Below are positions 33,545 through 45,297 of a stretch of 64,000 bases of DNA, piece after piece. The position numbers and the translations under genes were made by a program. The notes under the pieces were generated by a model. It was not told the origin of the DNA. It worked only from the letters and a program-made list of their open reading frames with translations, and did not search any database. Positions within the stretch are counted from its first letter, which is position 1. Each line of letters starts with the position of its first letter. This stretch comes from Trichechus inunguis (taxonomy: Eukaryota): NCBI GenBank assembly GCA_046562895.1, contig CM102171.1, forward strand, positions 24,343,509 to 24,407,508, given 5' to 3'.

Positions 33545-35059
33545 GTAAGTACAGCCATCTCTGCACTGCCTGCTTGCCGTCCATTTTTCTACCACATCTG
33601 AATGCTCCAGACTGTCTTTTCTAAGTCCAGAAATTATTTTCTCCCTGTTGGCACAGGATTAAGTCCAGGTTCTTCTCTCAAACTTTCTGTTGGCTCTTGC
33701 CTTCTCCTCACCTGGACTCTTCCTCCCCTGTCCCCCTCCCCCCAAATTATTTTGGTCACATTTCCCTCTTCTTGTGGCCCAGCTTAAATAACATGTCTTG
33801 GGTGCATTCCAGGCTCCTCTGGCCAGTCGAATGCTCCACATCCCTGCACACAGGCACGTCTGGGCTTCTGCTGTGGCACTCCTGAGTAACATTATGACAG
33901 GTCTGCTAGAGTCTGTGCCCCTAGAGAGCGAGGATGGTGTTCAGGTGTCTGCTTTACCCTCATGACTGGCTCAGGCCCACACACGTGCATGTGTCTAATC
34001 TTTCCAGGTACCCTGGGAGGGGAAGGGATGCTCACATCTGAGAGAGGATAATGCAGCTGCGGCTCAGAGAGCTGCTTGCCCAAGTACCTTCAGTGCTTCT
34101 TAAGCTCTGTAAGCAGGACCTACGTCCTCCTAAAATCAAGCCATAGTAATCTTCTCAGTTCCCAGAATAACAAAGAAAAAGGTTAGAATTTTTATGTTAA
34201 AATGTGGTTTTTCATCCAAAATAAATCTTTGGGTTTGAGCATTTGTGCACCAGCTGTCCCCTTAGAGGCCACTGGATGGGTCTAGTATGTTTTTTTTGTG
34301 GCCCCTGTTTGTGGCTGGTGGTTCTGCTAGGACAGCTCTGCAGATCCTGTGATGCTTGGTACTTTGCAGAGAGGTCTGTGACTTCCAGAGACTTAGCCAC
34401 CTGGACTAGTTTGAGATCCACTGACAGAGCCAGCTGGATGAACCTTGGATGAGGACATCCAGACCCAGTGTTCTTGCTACTCTGACGTCTTGTGGCCCAG
34501 ATCCCAGCTCAGCACTTGGGGTAGAGTAGGCCCTCGGTGTTGCTGAAGGGGGAGGGAAGCCAATACTTACTGGTTCATAGAGTGTTTCAGACACTTTTAT
34601 GTATGTGTCAAACTTAATCTACATAGCTCTCTCTGAGGAGATATGAGTGCCTCTTTTAACAGATAAGGGAACTGAGGCTTAGAGAAGTTAACTTGCTTGA
34701 ACTCACATGGTTAATAAGTAGCAGAACTGGGGTTTGAGCCTAGGCTTATCTAATTTCTTTGCTCTGTTGACCGAATCTGAATTGTTCCTACTTTTGTGCC
34801 AGGCCCAGTGCTTAGTGCCTTTATCATTTTATCACACCAACCTGTGAAGTAGATAACGTCTACATTATCCCATTGAGGAAATAGGCTCAGAGAGATTGTT
34901 TGCTTTATGATCACAGTGAGGTGAGGAAAGTACCAAATGGCATTTAAATTTTACTCTGCCTGAGTCTAAAATATATGCTCTTCCCCTTGGAGCACAAAGA
35001 CAATCTGGGTTAATAAGATGGGATCCAGGGCTGAGCATCATCTCCCCCCCTGCCCCCAG

Positions 35060-35425
35060 GTAAGCCGTCAGATCCAGGAGCATGAGCAGGACTCAGCCCT
35101 GCGGGAGCAGCTGAGTGGCTATAAGCGAATGCGACGGCAGCACCAGAAGCAGCTGCTGGCCCTGGAGTCGCGGCTGAGGGGTGAGCGTGAGGAGCATAGC
35201 GCACGGCTGCAGCGGGAGCTCGAGGCACAGCGGGCTGGCTTTGGGGCCGAGGCAGAAAAGCTGGCACGACGGCACCAGGCTATCGGTGAGAAGGAGGCAC
35301 GGGCTGCCCAGACCGAGGAGCGTAAGTTCCAACAGCACATTCTCGGGCAACAGAAGAAGGAGCTGGCAGCCCTGCTGGAGGCACAGAAGCGTACCTACAA
35401 ACTTAGGAAGGAGCAACTAAAGGAG
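35060..35425 (+). CDS. TAOK2: TAOK2 coding exon 13 (coiled-coil region)
   Basis: Acceptor cccccag|GTA, donor GAG|gtgggaca. Encodes 'VSRQIQEHEQDSALREQLSGYKRMRRQHQKQLLALESRLRGEREEHSARLQRELEAQRAGFGAEAEKLARRHQAIGEKEARAAQTEERKFQQHILGQQKKELAALLEAQKRTYKLRKEQLKE'. Confidence 0.85.
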
Positions 35426-35510
35426 GTGGGACAGGGCTGCAGCTGTGGGTGGGACTGGTGGTGGGTGAGGCAGACCCTGACCTCCCTGCTCCCCTGCTGC
35501 CCTGGTGCAG

Positions 35511-35714
35511 GAGCTCCAGGAGAACCCCAGCACACCCAAGCGAGAGAAGGCAGAGTGGCTTCTGCGACAGAAGGAGCAGCTACAGCAATGCCAGGCAGAG
35601 GAGGAGGCAGGGTTGCTACGGCGGCAGCGCCAGTACTTTGAGCTGCAGTGTCGCCAGTACAAGCGCAAGATGCTGCTAGCTCGTCACAGCCTGGACCAGG
35701 ACTTGCTGCGGGAG
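35511..35714 (+). CDS. TAOK2: TAOK2 coding exon 14
   Basis: Acceptor ggtgcag|GAG, donor GAG|gtaggc. Encodes '[68 protein letters not shown]'. Confidence 0.85.
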
Positions 35715-36048
35715 GTAGGCCTCCTCATCCTCACTCCCCTCCTGCTCTGTTCACAGATTCCAGGCACCAACCCTTTTGCATTTTTTTCACTTGCGGTCTT
35801 CTTTCCCCTCTGTCTCATTCGTGTTTTGACTCAGTTTCTCTTCAGCACCACTTTTGCTGCCCATCCCCACCAGACCCTGCTAGAGTTTCCTTAGACCTCT
35901 CTTCCCATGCTAGCCAGCTTACACCCTTCATCTCCTGCCTCCCCTCACCCCCAGCTCCATCTGCCAAGGAGTACTCGGGCTGTCACTTCCTTGACACCAA
36001 CACGGCTCCCTGACTGGGCCCCCGGGCCCTCCCTCCCTTTCGCCCCAG

Positions 36049-36288
36049 GACTTGAACAAGAAACAGACACAGAAGGACTTGGAGTGTGCGTTGCTGCTAC
36101 GGCAGCATGAGGCCACACGGGAGCTGGAGCTACGGCAGCTCCAGGCCGTGCAGCGCACACGGGCTGAGCTCACCCGCCTGCAGCACCAGACGGAGCTGGG
36201 CAACCAGCTGGAGTACAACAAGCGGCGTGAGCAGGAGTTACGGCAGAAGCATGCAGCCCAGGTTCGCCAGCAGCCCAAGAGCCTCAAA
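36049..36288 (+). CDS. TAOK2: TAOK2 coding exon 15, the part shared by both 3' forms (up to the internal donor AAA|gtacgt)
   Basis: Acceptor gccccag|GAC. Encodes '[80 protein letters not shown]'. The internal donor at 36288/36289 joins in phase to the exon at 39424. Confidence 0.8.
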
Positions 36289-37767
36289 GTACGTGCAGGC
36301 CAGCGCCCCCCGGGCCTCCCGCTCCCCATTCCTGGGGCTCTGGGACCACCCAGCACAGGCACCCCTAGAGAAGAGCAGCCCTGCTCATCTGGCCAGGAGG
36401 CAGTCCTGGACCAAAGAATGCTGGGAAAGGAGGAGGAAGCGGTTCCAGAGAGAAGGATTCTGGGAAAGGAAGGGGCTACCTTGGAGCCAGAGGAGCGGAG
36501 AATTGTGGGAGAAGAATCAGGAACCCCTAGTCCCAATCCAAAAGAACACAGGAATCTAGCTGATGAGGAAGTTTGGGGTCTACCCAGGGAGGAGATAGAG
36601 GAGCTTAGAGTCCCATCCTTGGCACCCCAGGAGAGGAGCATCGTGGGCCAGGAGGAGGCTGGGGCATGGAGGTTGTGGGAGAAGGAGGATGGGGGCCTCC
36701 TGGATGAGGAGTTTGAGTTTGGCTGGGTTCAAAGCCCAGCTCTGACCCCAGTCCCTGAGGAAGAGGAAGAAGAGGAGGAAGGGGCTCCAATTGGAACCCC
36801 TAGGGATCCTGGGGATGGCTGTCCTTCCCCGGACATCCCCCCAGAACCTCCTCCAACGTATCTTAGGCCCAGCACCGCCAGCCAGCTCCCTGGCCTCTTG
36901 TCTCATGGCCTCCTGGCTGGCCTTTCCTTTGCAGTGGGGTCCTCCTCGGGCCTTTTGCCTCTCCTCCTGCTGCTGCTGCTCCCATTGCTGGCAGCCCAGG
37001 GTGGGGGTGGCCTGCAGGCAGCACTGCTGGCCCTTGAGGTGGGGCTGGTGGGCCTGGGGGCCTCCTACCTACTGCTTTGTACAGCTCTGCACCTGCCCTC
37101 CAGTCTGTTCCTACTCCTGGCCCAGGGTACTGCACTAGGGGCTGTCCTGGGCCTGAGCTGGCGCCGGGGCCTTCTGGGTGTGCCTCTGGGCCTTGGGGCC
37201 GCCTGGCTTTTAGCCTGGCCAAGCCTGGCTCTACCGCTGGCAGCTATGGCAGCTGGGGGCAAGTGGGTGCGGGAGCAGGGTCCCCGGATGCGCCGGGGCC
37301 TCTCTCGACTCTGGTTGCGGGCTCTGCTGCGCCTGTCACCCATGGCCTTCCGGGCCCTACAGGGTTGTGGGGCTGTGGGGGACCGGGGCCTGTTTGCACT
37401 CTACCCGAAGACTAACAAGGATGGCTTCCGCAGCCGTCTCCCTGTACCTGGGCCCCGGCGCGGTAGTCCCCGCACTGCCCAACACCCACTTGCCCTGTTA
37501 GCAAGGGTTTGGGCCCTGTGCAAGGGCTGGAATTGGCGCCTGGCACGGGCCAGCCAGGGCTTAGCCTCCCGCCTGCCCCCCTGGGCTATCCACACACTGG
37601 CCAGCTGGGGTCTGCTGCGGGGTGAACGGCCCAGCCGCATCCCCCGACTGCTGCCACGCAGCCAGCGCCGCCTGGGGCCCCCTGCCTCCCGCCAGCTACC
37701 ACCAGGAAGTCTAGCTGGGCGGAGGTCCCGAACCCGCCAATCCCGGGCCCTTCCTCCCTGGAGGTAA
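36289..37767 (+). CDS. TAOK2: TAOK2 long-form (alpha-like) read-through terminal exon extension with TAA stop; encodes the hydrophobic Leu/Ala/Gly-rich tail
   Basis: Open frame continues from exon 15. It encodes '...[39 protein letters not shown]...[267 protein letters not shown]'. The long-form CDS totals 3711 nt = 1236 aa. Confidence 0.75.
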   Translation, partial: VRAGQRPPGLPLPIPGALGPPSTGTPREEQPCSSGQEAVLDQRMLGKEEEAVPERRILGKEGATLEPEERRIVGEESGTPSPNPKEHRNLADEEVWGLPREEIEELRVPSLAPQERSIVGQEEAGAWRLWEKEDGGLLDEEFEFGWVQSPALTPVPEEEEEEEEGAPIGTPRDPGDGCPSPDIPPEPPPTYLRPSTASQLPGLLSHGLLAGLSFAVGSSSGLLPLLLLLLLPLLAAQGGGGLQAALLALEVGLVGLGASYLLLCTALHLPSSLFLLLAQGTALGAVLGLSWRRGLLGVPLGLGAAWLLAWPSLALPLAAMAAGGKWVREQGPRMRRGLSRLWLRALLRLSPMAFRALQGCGAVGDRGLFALYPKTNKDGFRSRLPVPGPRRGSPRTAQHPLALLARVWALCKGWNWRLARASQGLASRLPPWAIHTLASWGLLRGERPSRIPRLLPRSQRRLGPPASRQLPPGSLAGRRSRTRQSRALPPWR

Positions 37768-39423
37768 CCAACTCCAGCCCTTCCCCAGCCCATACCTAGA
37801 GCATTGAGCACTTTATCTCCACTACTCAGTGAAGTTTCTCCAGAACCAAATCCTCCCTTCCACCCCTCCTTCTTCAGTGTACTTCCCCAGCCCTTGGACC
37901 TCTAGACAGGCTGCCTCCTCTGCCATGGAGTCTGGAAGTTACACTTTGTGTTCTCCTGATGCTCCTGCCACCCCCACCCTAAGTTATTGCTGTCCTCCCG
38001 CTGTGTGTGTGCTCATCCTCACCCTCATCGACTCAGGCCTGGGGCCAGGGGTGGTAGTGGGTGGGAAGAGTCATGTTTTTTTTTTCTTCTCTTTGATTTT
38101 GTTTTTCTGTCTCCCTTCCAACCTGTCCCCTTCCCCCTACCAAAAAAAAAAAGAAAAAGACAAACACAAATAAAATATCTGAGCGGAACTGTACCTTTGG
38201 CCCAGGCTGCCTCTGTCTGCTTTGTCCTGCCGCCTAGCCTCCCTGGTATGCCCCCAATCTAGACCCTTGACCCCCAGTTCCACGACCGCTTCACCACCAT
38301 CTACGTTATCTTAACCCCTTTCACTCCTCAACCTCATCCTCTCTGGCTTCATAGTTTCATTACACTACAACCACCCCCAGCTCTGGGGTCTGGGCCCCTG
38401 TTGAGCTTCCACAGAACTTCTTGGTCCCACAGTTCCCTGTTTGTAGGTTCCTTCCAGAGAGCCCTTTGGTTCTGGGTCCTTTGTCCTCTGAGCCCTGCCT
38501 TTTATCCCAATCCATTCCCTCCATGGTTCCCTTCTGTCTGGGAGCAGAATTTCTCTCCTGGCATCGAGCGTTACCGCAGAGGGTTGGGGGATGAGACTGC
38601 AAACCCTCCACAGTGGGGGAGGGTGAGCTTGGGGGGCCAGGCAGAGAGTGTTGGAAGAGTGGAAATGGGATTGGTTGTGGGCTTGGGGTGGGAGCTGAGT
38701 GTATAAGGAGTGGGGCTGGGATGTGGATCTGGTCAGGAGGGTGGCAGCTGCTGGCCCATTGAGTTCGCCAGGCCCTTTCTGGCCACTTCCTTTGCCCCTT
38801 TCCCTTACGTGGCCCAAGATGGGGCAACCCCTTCTTATCCGTCTCTTAGCTCAGTGCTTACCCTCCTTCCCTCCCTTCCTCCCTGAGGTGCCGAACCTGG
38901 GACTTCTCTGTCTTTCCTTAGTGTGTTGCTTTCTTCCATGGGTGTTTTGTGTGACTTGGTTTTCTGACTCTTATGCACATTCTTATATTTGCTCACGTGT
39001 TTCTATCTCTAGGTCATACTTTCTCCCTCTCTGCATGATCAGAGCTTCTTGTGTGTACTCAGTATTCCACACAGATTCTTGGTTCCCTATCCGTGAACAT
39101 GCTGTCTGATGCTCTTCCTTGTCGGTTTTCCACCCAGCTCTGTGAATGTGCTCTTGGAACCTGTCTTGTTTTCTCTGCATCTCTTGCCCAAGAGCCTTCC
39201 TGATCTCTCAACACAACCCCATCTCTCCATGTCTGTCTGTATACAGCTCCCCCCGCCCCCTCTGTCTAACATGTTTTCTGTTTCTCTCCCTCTCCCTGTC
39301 TCTGCTTCTGTCTCCTCTCCTCCTCTCTCTTCTCCCCCTCTCCCCTGGTTGTTCCTCCTCCTCCTCCTTTTCCTCTTCTTCCTCCCCCCGCCCCCATCTC
39401 CCTTCAATCCATCCACTGCGTAG

Positions 39424-39636
39424 TCTAAGGAGCTGCAGATCAAGAAGCAGTTCCAGGAGACGTGCAAGATCCAGACTCGGCAGTACAAGGCTCTGCGGGC
39501 ACACTTGCTGGAGACCACACCCAAAGCTCAGCACAAGAGCCTTCTTAAGCGGCTCAAGGAAGAACAGACCCGCAAGCTGGCAATCCTGGCCGAGCAGTAC
39601 GACCAGTCCATCTCAGAGATGCTCAGCTCGCAGGCG
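39424..39636 (+). CDS. TAOK2: TAOK2 short-form (beta-like) coding exon 16
   Basis: Acceptor ctgcgtag|TCT, donor GCG|gtgagg. Encodes '[71 protein letters not shown]'. Confidence 0.8.
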
Positions 39637-40061
39637 GTGAGGCCTGGGGTCCAGGGAGGGAGCATGGTGGCAGTTGGCTTCTGTATTTACATGTAGTTAT
39701 GGGTGGTGGAAGTAAGGGATGTAGACAGAGATGGGCCTTTTTTTGCCTGGGAAACTCATACTCTTCCATTGTTATTATTCTCTCCAATGGTTTTATCATC
39801 TCTCTTAGTATTTTCTTAAGGTATTGACAAAGCCGGCTTACCTGTTGTACCAAGAACCACCAAGGAAATGAGTGGCTATAATTTTTTTACAGGGCCTGAG
39901 TTAGTTGAATGTATTTACAGGGAGCAGGTCAAAACAATTGTGGCCTTTGGGCCCATTTACCCAAAATCTGGAGGATTTTGAAGTTTGCTGTTCTAAAAGT
40001 GATCACACACAGCAGTGGGACTGGCTGCTTAAAATATACATATGTGCAAATGGGCTCCCAA

Positions 40062-40272
40062 AAAACGACCAAACTCACTGCCGTTGAGTCAATTCCAACT
40101 CATAGTGACCTTATAGGATAGAGTAGAACTGCCCCATAGAGTTTCCAAGTCTGTAATATTTACAGAAGCTGACTGCCACATCTTTCTCCCGCAGAGCAGC
40201 TGGTGGGTTCAAACTGCTGACCTTTTAGTTAGCAGCTGAGTGCTTTTAACACTGTGCCACCAGGGCTCCTCA
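40062..40272 (-). mobile_element. AfroSINE in the TAOK2 intron between the short-form exons
   Basis: Reverse complement of the AfroSINE: 'ctgccgttgagtcaattccaactcatagtgaccttataggatagagtagaactgccccatagagtttccaag...ggttcaaactgctgaccttttagttagcagctgagtgcttttaacactgtgccaccagggctcc'. Confidence 0.8.
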
Positions 40273-40813
40273 AAAGGGCCCCCATTCCTTGCCAAGCTCT
40301 CTCACCCAAATCCCCCTTCTCAAAGGTAACTATTATTACTAATGACTGTGTATTCTAGGTTTTCTCCTATGCATATTTGGAAAATTATATAAAACTTTTA
40401 CACAGAAATGGAATCATACTTTACATACTGTTCTCTAACTTCCTTTTTCCACTTAATATTTCTTGCACATCTTTCCATGTTTGTACACATCTCATTTTTA
40501 ACAGCGTAGAGTTTTCTGTGGTATGAATGTACCATAATTTATTTAACCAAACCCTTATTGGTGGACATTTAGGTTGTTTCCAGTAGTTTGCTATTGCAAC
40601 GCCTCTGTGAACACCTTCAAGCACATGTGCAAGTATACCTGGGGGATAAATTCCTGGAAGTGTAATTGCTGTGTCACAGGGTATGACGATCTTTAATTTT
40701 GGTAGATGTTGAGACTGGCTGCTGCTTGAAACCTCAGGGCCCAGGCCTACCTGGGGCAGCGGAGGATTATGGGGGTAGGGAGGAGGTCCCTAAAACTGGT
40801 TCTTTTTCTCCAG

Positions 40814-40996
40814 CTGCGGCTCGATGAAACTCAAGAGGCAGAGTTCCAGGCCCTTCGGCAGCAGCTTCAACAGGAGTTGGAGCTGCTCAATGCTTACCAG
40901 AGCAAGATCAAGATCCGCACAGAGAGTCAGCATGAGCGGGAGCTGCGGGAGCTGGAGCAGAGAGTAGCTCTGAGGCGGGCACTGCTGGAGCAGCGG
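40814..40996 (+). CDS. TAOK2: TAOK2 short-form coding exon 17
   Basis: Acceptor ttctccag|CTG, donor CGG|gtaagg. Encodes '[61 protein letters not shown]'. Confidence 0.8.
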
Positions 40997-41080
40997 GTAA
41001 GGGGGCTCGGCCTCCAGGCTGGGCGGGGAGGGCAGGCTCCCCACCTCTGGACTTTCTAACCTCTGTTCTGGGTGCCCCAG

Positions 41081-41602
41081 GTGGAAGAGGAGCTGCTGGC
41101 CCTACAGACAGGGCGCTCCGAGCGAATCCGGAGTTTGCTCGAGCGGCAGGCCCGTGAGATCGAGGCCTTCGATGCTGAGAGTATGAGGCTGGGCTTCTCC
41201 AGCATGGCTCTCGGGGGCATCCCAGCCGAGGCTGCTGCCCAGGGCTATCCTGCTCCACCTCCTGCCCCTGCTTGGCCCTCCCGTCCTGTTCCCCGCTCAG
41301 GGGCACACTGGAGCCACGGCCCTCCTCCACCAGGCATGCCCCCTCCAGCCTGGCGTCAGCCCTCTCTGCTGGCTCCCCCAGGTCCCCCAAACTGGATGGG
41401 GCCCCCAGCACAGAGTGGGACATCCCGTGGTGGAGCTCTGCTGCTGCTAAGAAACAGCCCCCAGCCCCTACGGCGGGCAGCCTCAGGGGGCAGTGGCAGT
41501 GAGAACGTGGGTCCACCTGCTGCCGCAGTGCCTGGGCCTCTAAGCCGCAGCACCAGTGTCGCTTCCCACATCCTCAACGGTTCCTCCCACTTCTACTCCT
41601 GA
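41081..41602 (+). CDS. TAOK2: TAOK2 short-form terminal coding exon (TGA stop)
   Basis: Acceptor tgccccag|GTG. Encodes 'VEEELLALQTGRSERIRSLLERQAREIEAFDAESMRLGFSSMALGGIPAEAAAQGYPAPPPAPAWPSRPVP...RNSPQPLRRAASGGSGSENVGPPAAAVPGPLSRSTSVASHILNGSSHFYS*'. The short-form CDS totals 3150 nt = 1049 aa. Confidence 0.85.
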   Translation: MEEELLALQTGRSERIRSLLERQAREIEAFDAESMRLGFSSMALGGIPAEAAAQGYPAPPPAPAWPSRPVPRSGAHWSHGPPPPGMPPPAWRQPSLLAPPGPPNWMGPPAQSGTSRGGALLLLRNSPQPLRRAASGGSGSENVGPPAAAVPGPLSRSTSVASHILNGSSHFYS

Positions 41603-42294
41603 AGTGCAGAGCGCATGAGCAGATGAGCTGGACAGGGTGGGTGGTGCCTGATCCTGGAGGGCAGTAAGCTTGAGGCCCACCCAAGGGTCGGGGACAGGAT
41701 GTCAGCTCCAGTTCCCTTCAAACCTCATCTCATGAGCTTCTCGGGGCTGGCCAGTGGCCCAGGGCCAGCTTGGGCATAGGTGCCTCAAGGCTGACCAGGA
41801 GCCCCTGCCTCCCCACCATGGTGCCGGGGCCTCCCTCCGTCACAGCCTAGGGAAAGGAGGGAGGTGTGCGTGCGTGTCAAATATTCATCTAGTCCCTTGG
41901 GGGAGGGAAAGGGTGGGTCTAGAGATATTCAGAAAACTACTATTCCCTGCAATGGGGCCGTGGACTGCAGATGCCAGAGCCCCCAGACCTGGGGCCTGGC
42001 AGAGCAGGTCTGGGGCGGGGAGAACAGGAGGAGGTGGCCTTCCTAGGAAAGAAGGATCAGGATGGGGTCTTGTAATTGAGATGCCTGGGTCTCTCCACTC
42101 CTCCGTTGCTGTCTGAAGTCCTGTGCCGTCTTGTCCTTTTTTTTTTTCTTTCTTCTTCTTTTTTTTAATTGGGATCAGGGCTGGGGCAGGGGACCAAGGG
42201 GAAGGACCTTGGAAGGGGCTTCTCCCAGGCATGGAGCAGTCATGGGGCCCCTCTCAGCTTATGGGTCTGGCACAGAACCCCAGTGCAAGCTTGT

Positions 42295-42300
42295 AATAAA
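42295..42300 (+). terminator. TAOK2: TAOK2 polyadenylation signal AATAAA
   Basis: 'cagtgcaagcttgtAATAAActattgg', about 690 nt downstream of the short-form stop. Confidence 0.7.
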
Positions 42301-42667
42301 CTATTGGTTACTCTAACAGACCCCAGGACTCACCCTTTCTGTCTAAGCTGTGTAGTAAGGGCTGTTTTCAGCAGCAAGTGATAGTTTACTTGTATTTATT
42401 GGGCTGTGTAATTAAAAATTTCAGTTGTTTTTGATGGCTTCAGCCATAACTGGATCCAAGGCCTCAAAGCATGTAATCTGCCTCTTGGTCTCTTGATTTC
42501 CCTGCTTTTCTTTGCTTTAGCTTTGAGGATTCTCAGAAGGTTCACTTCACACATAGGCTCCAAGCTTACATCTTACCAAGCAACCTCAACAGAAAGATTC
42601 CAGCAAAGTCCTGAGGTGACTTCATTGGCTTAGTCTGTAGCCAGAGGCATGGGGTCAGGTCTAGGTC

Positions 42668-42882
42668 CTTTTGTTGTGTGCCATGGAGTCGATTCTGACT
42701 CATAATGACCCCATAGGACAGAGTAGAACTGCCCCATAGGGTGTCCTAGGCTGTAATCTTTATGGGAGCAGATCACCAGAGAGAAATCTCCTGCAGAGCT
42801 GCTGCTGGGTTCAAACTGCCAGCCTTTCAGTTAGCAGCTGAACACTTTAACCATTGTACCACCAGGGCTTCTAAGTCCTGTA
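42668..42882 (-). mobile_element. AfroSINE in the TAOK2-HIRIP3 convergent intergenic gap
   Basis: 'gtgtgccatggagtcgattctgactcataatgaccccataggacagagtagaactgccccatagggtgtcc...ggttcaaactgccagcctttcagttagcagctgaacactttaaccattgtaccaccagggcttc'. Confidence 0.8.
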
Positions 42883-43297
42883 CCCGCTCCTTTTAGACTG
42901 AAGTAGAGAGTAATCCCATGCACTAAGTGGCTGTTTCCAAGAAGAGGGAAAAGGAAGACACAAACCAGCTATCTCCAAGTCATTTTGTGCTTCACATTCT
43001 TCCCAAAGCCAATTATCCAGATCTTCTTAACTAGGCATTAGGTTATCAGACGTAACTAAAAGCAGGGTGATGAGAGGTGCCCACTGGGCAGGCTGGAGGG
43101 AGAATAGGCAGCTGTACCCTTCTCTGATAATAGTCTGGTGGCAGACTGGATGGCAGTGTCTGGAGGCTGGGAGTCAATTGGAGAGCCTGGGAAAAGAGGA
43201 GGAAACAGATGAGGAGCAGTGGCTCCTGCTCAGCTCCTGGCCCAAAATACAGAGGGTAAGAGAGGACCAGTTTTGATGAGGTGACTACAAACACTCC

Positions 43298-43303
43298 TTT
43301 ATT
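43298..43303 (-). terminator. HIRIP3: HIRIP3 polyadenylation signal (AATAAA on the minus strand)
   Basis: Plus-strand 'cctTTATTgaatc', about 200 nt downstream (minus sense) of the HIRIP3 stop. Confidence 0.6.
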
Positions 43304-43501
43304 GAATCTTAAAAAATAAACCCCTGTAAACAACTTAAACTGAGAAAATGAAGCAGAGAAGTTGGGTCCCGACAGCTTGTGTCTCTGGAGGCTGCTTGTC
43401 TTCGGAGAAAGCTGCTTCAACTCTGTGCAGGCACAAAACAGAAGGTGCTATATATGCTTTGTACAAGTGGCAAGGGTCCCTCCTAGCGGGGCAGGGGGAG
43501 C

Positions 43502-43665
43502 TCAGTTACTCTCGCCATCACTGCTGATGATGCCACGCATATGTGACCAGTCTGGGGGTGGGGGATGGGGCCGCTCTTCATCTGAGTCCAGGGTCCTGCG
43601 GTACGGCTCCCCTGAGGAGGCTGCTTCTCCTGAAGGGTTCCAGGCTGTGCGTCTGCGTGGCCGGC
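43502..43665 (-). CDS. HIRIP3: HIRIP3 terminal coding exon 7 (TGA stop at 43502-43504)
   Basis: Minus strand, acceptor ccctag|GCCGG. Encodes '(G)RPRRRTAWNPSGEAASSGEPYRRTLDSDEERPHPPPPDWSHMRGIISSDGESN*'. Confidence 0.85.
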
Positions 43666-43743
43666 CTAGGGGGAAGGGGAGATTATTTGTCTGCGAAAGC
43701 CCAACCCCATCTTTTCCTGGGGGAGTGAGAGGAAGCCCCTTAC

Positions 43744-43842
43744 CTGAACTGCTGATGATGTTGGCAACGTCCAAGGAGGCCACCTCGGCTGCCTCTTCCC
43801 GCTGCTCCTTCAGGGCCCGACACTTCTCCAAGGAAGGGTTAC
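43744..43842 (-). CDS. HIRIP3: HIRIP3 coding exon 6
   Basis: Acceptor ggcccag|GTAAC, donor TCAG|gtaagg. Encodes 'NPSLEKCRALKEQREEAAEVASLDVANIISSS'. Confidence 0.8.
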
Positions 43843-43922
43843 CTGGGCCAGAAAGGGCAAGTGAGCCTCTCCTCTGCAGCAGAGGCCCCTTCATGTGGCC
43901 CCCAGGGCATTCCTAGCCTCAC

Positions 43923-44091
43923 CTCTCATGCCCAGGGCTTCCAGCTCTGCCCGGAGAACACTGAGGCGCTCCTTGTGCGAGTGACAGGAGCCCAGCAGCT
44001 TCTTGTAGTTGCGATAGGCCCCACAGGCCCGGATATAGCGCTTTAGCCTCATCACAGCTGGGTGGTCTTCACCATGGCGACCAGAGACAGC
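43923..44091 (-). CDS. HIRIP3: HIRIP3 coding exon 5
   Basis: Acceptor ccttgccag|GCT, donor AGAG|gtgagg. Encodes 'AVSGRHGEDHPAVMRLKRYIRACGAYRNYKKLLGSCHSHKERLSVLRAELEALGMR'. Confidence 0.8.
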
Positions 44092-44191
44092 CTGGCAAGG
44101 AAAGACAGCAACTGAAGGCCAAGACTGCTGGGCTTGAGTCAGGGTCTCCCTATTCCCTGATGGTGGCCTTCCTCCCCATCTTCACCCTCAC

Positions 44192-45297
44192 CTTCCTGCC
44201 TTTGGGTTCTGGACTTCCATCTGAGGAGGAGGAAGAGGAGCTTCGTGTCTTGCCTTTCTTGGAGCTCTTCTTGGAAGAGCGGTTCTTCCTCTCCCCTTTG
44301 GGACTCCCTCCTGCCTCGCTGTCACTCACCTCCCTCTCCAAGTCACTGTCCTCACCGTTGATACTGTCTGCTTTGGCTGTCTTTCCAGTGCTTTTATTCC
44401 TTAGTTTCACCTTCCTCCAGCTGTCTTCCCCGTCCTCCTCGCTGCTCCCACTCTGCCTTTTCCCAACCTTACACTGGGCCCTGTCCTTGCTCTTCCTTCG
44501 CACTGGGAGCTTTTCATCTCCCCCGATGTTATCCCCACTACCTGTTGCCTCTTTTTCCTTCTCTTCCCCTCCGTCCTCCCAGTCTCCCGTTGGCCTCCCT
44601 GCCCTGCTTTTCTGCTTAAAGCTCCTCTCCTCCCAAGCTAACCTTTTCCCTCCACTGCTCGTGGCTCTGCGTTCCCATTCCTCTTCCTCGTCCCCCTCCT
44701 CTTCCTCTTCCTCCTCTTCCTTGTCCCCCTCTTCTCCCTCTTCCTCTTCCCCCTCTTCTTCCTTTTCCTCTTCTCTACTCTCTTTTTTCATGGCTGGAAT
44801 CTCTTCTTTATCATTGTCACTCTCCTTTTCACTTTCCTGGTGGCTTCTAGTTCCTTTCTTTCCCTCCCCCTTCCTTCCCATACTCTGGGCAGGTTCCTCA
44901 CTGTCCTCACTCTCCTCCTTGGCCTGCTTCCTGCTGACTGAGGCCTTGCCTAGTGTCTGCTTGTCCTTTGTCATCATTTTCTTCCTAGTCCTGCCCTTGA
45001 ACTCCTCCTTTTTTTCTTCCTCCTTTTCCTCCTCTTCCTCACTACTCTCTTCCTTCCAGACCTTACTTGTTTTGACAGAGCTTTCCTCCTCTTCCTCCTC
45101 ACTGCTGTCCTTCACCACCTCCTCTAATCCCATCTTTGCAGTCGGGTCCCTCTGCTGTTCTTCCTCATCTCTGCTCTCCATTGCTTTCTTTGAGGCTCGC
45201 CTTGGACTCTTCTCAGCTGGGCTGACTTCTGCTGCTGCCATTCTGTTCTTTGCTGAGGAGCCAAAGCAGTCTGGACTGGAAGCTGCAGAGCTGAGCT
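44192..45297 (-). CDS. HIRIP3: HIRIP3 coding exon 4 (large acidic Ser/Glu/Lys-rich exon)
   Basis: Acceptor attctag|AGCTC, donor AAG|gtgagg. Encodes 'ELSSAASSPDCFGSSAKNRMAAAEVSPAEKSPRRASKKAMESRDEEEQQRDPTAK...SEEEEEKEEEKKEEFKGRTRKK...[32 protein letters not shown]...DSDLEREVSDSEAGGSPKGERKNRSSKKSSKKGKTRSSSSSSSDGSPEPKGRK'. This is the 1106-nt minus-strand open frame 44150-45352. Confidence 0.8.

Noticed and set aside
35928-36641. 237-aa minus-strand ORF antisense to TAOK2 exon 15 (and companions 35945-36160 minus and 36086-36559 plus)
   Set aside because: Overlaps a confidently assigned TAOK2 coding exon in a very GC-rich region. Arg/Ser/Cys/Trp-rich low-complexity translation typical of antisense-of-GC-rich-CDS artefacts. 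No start context or splice logic.
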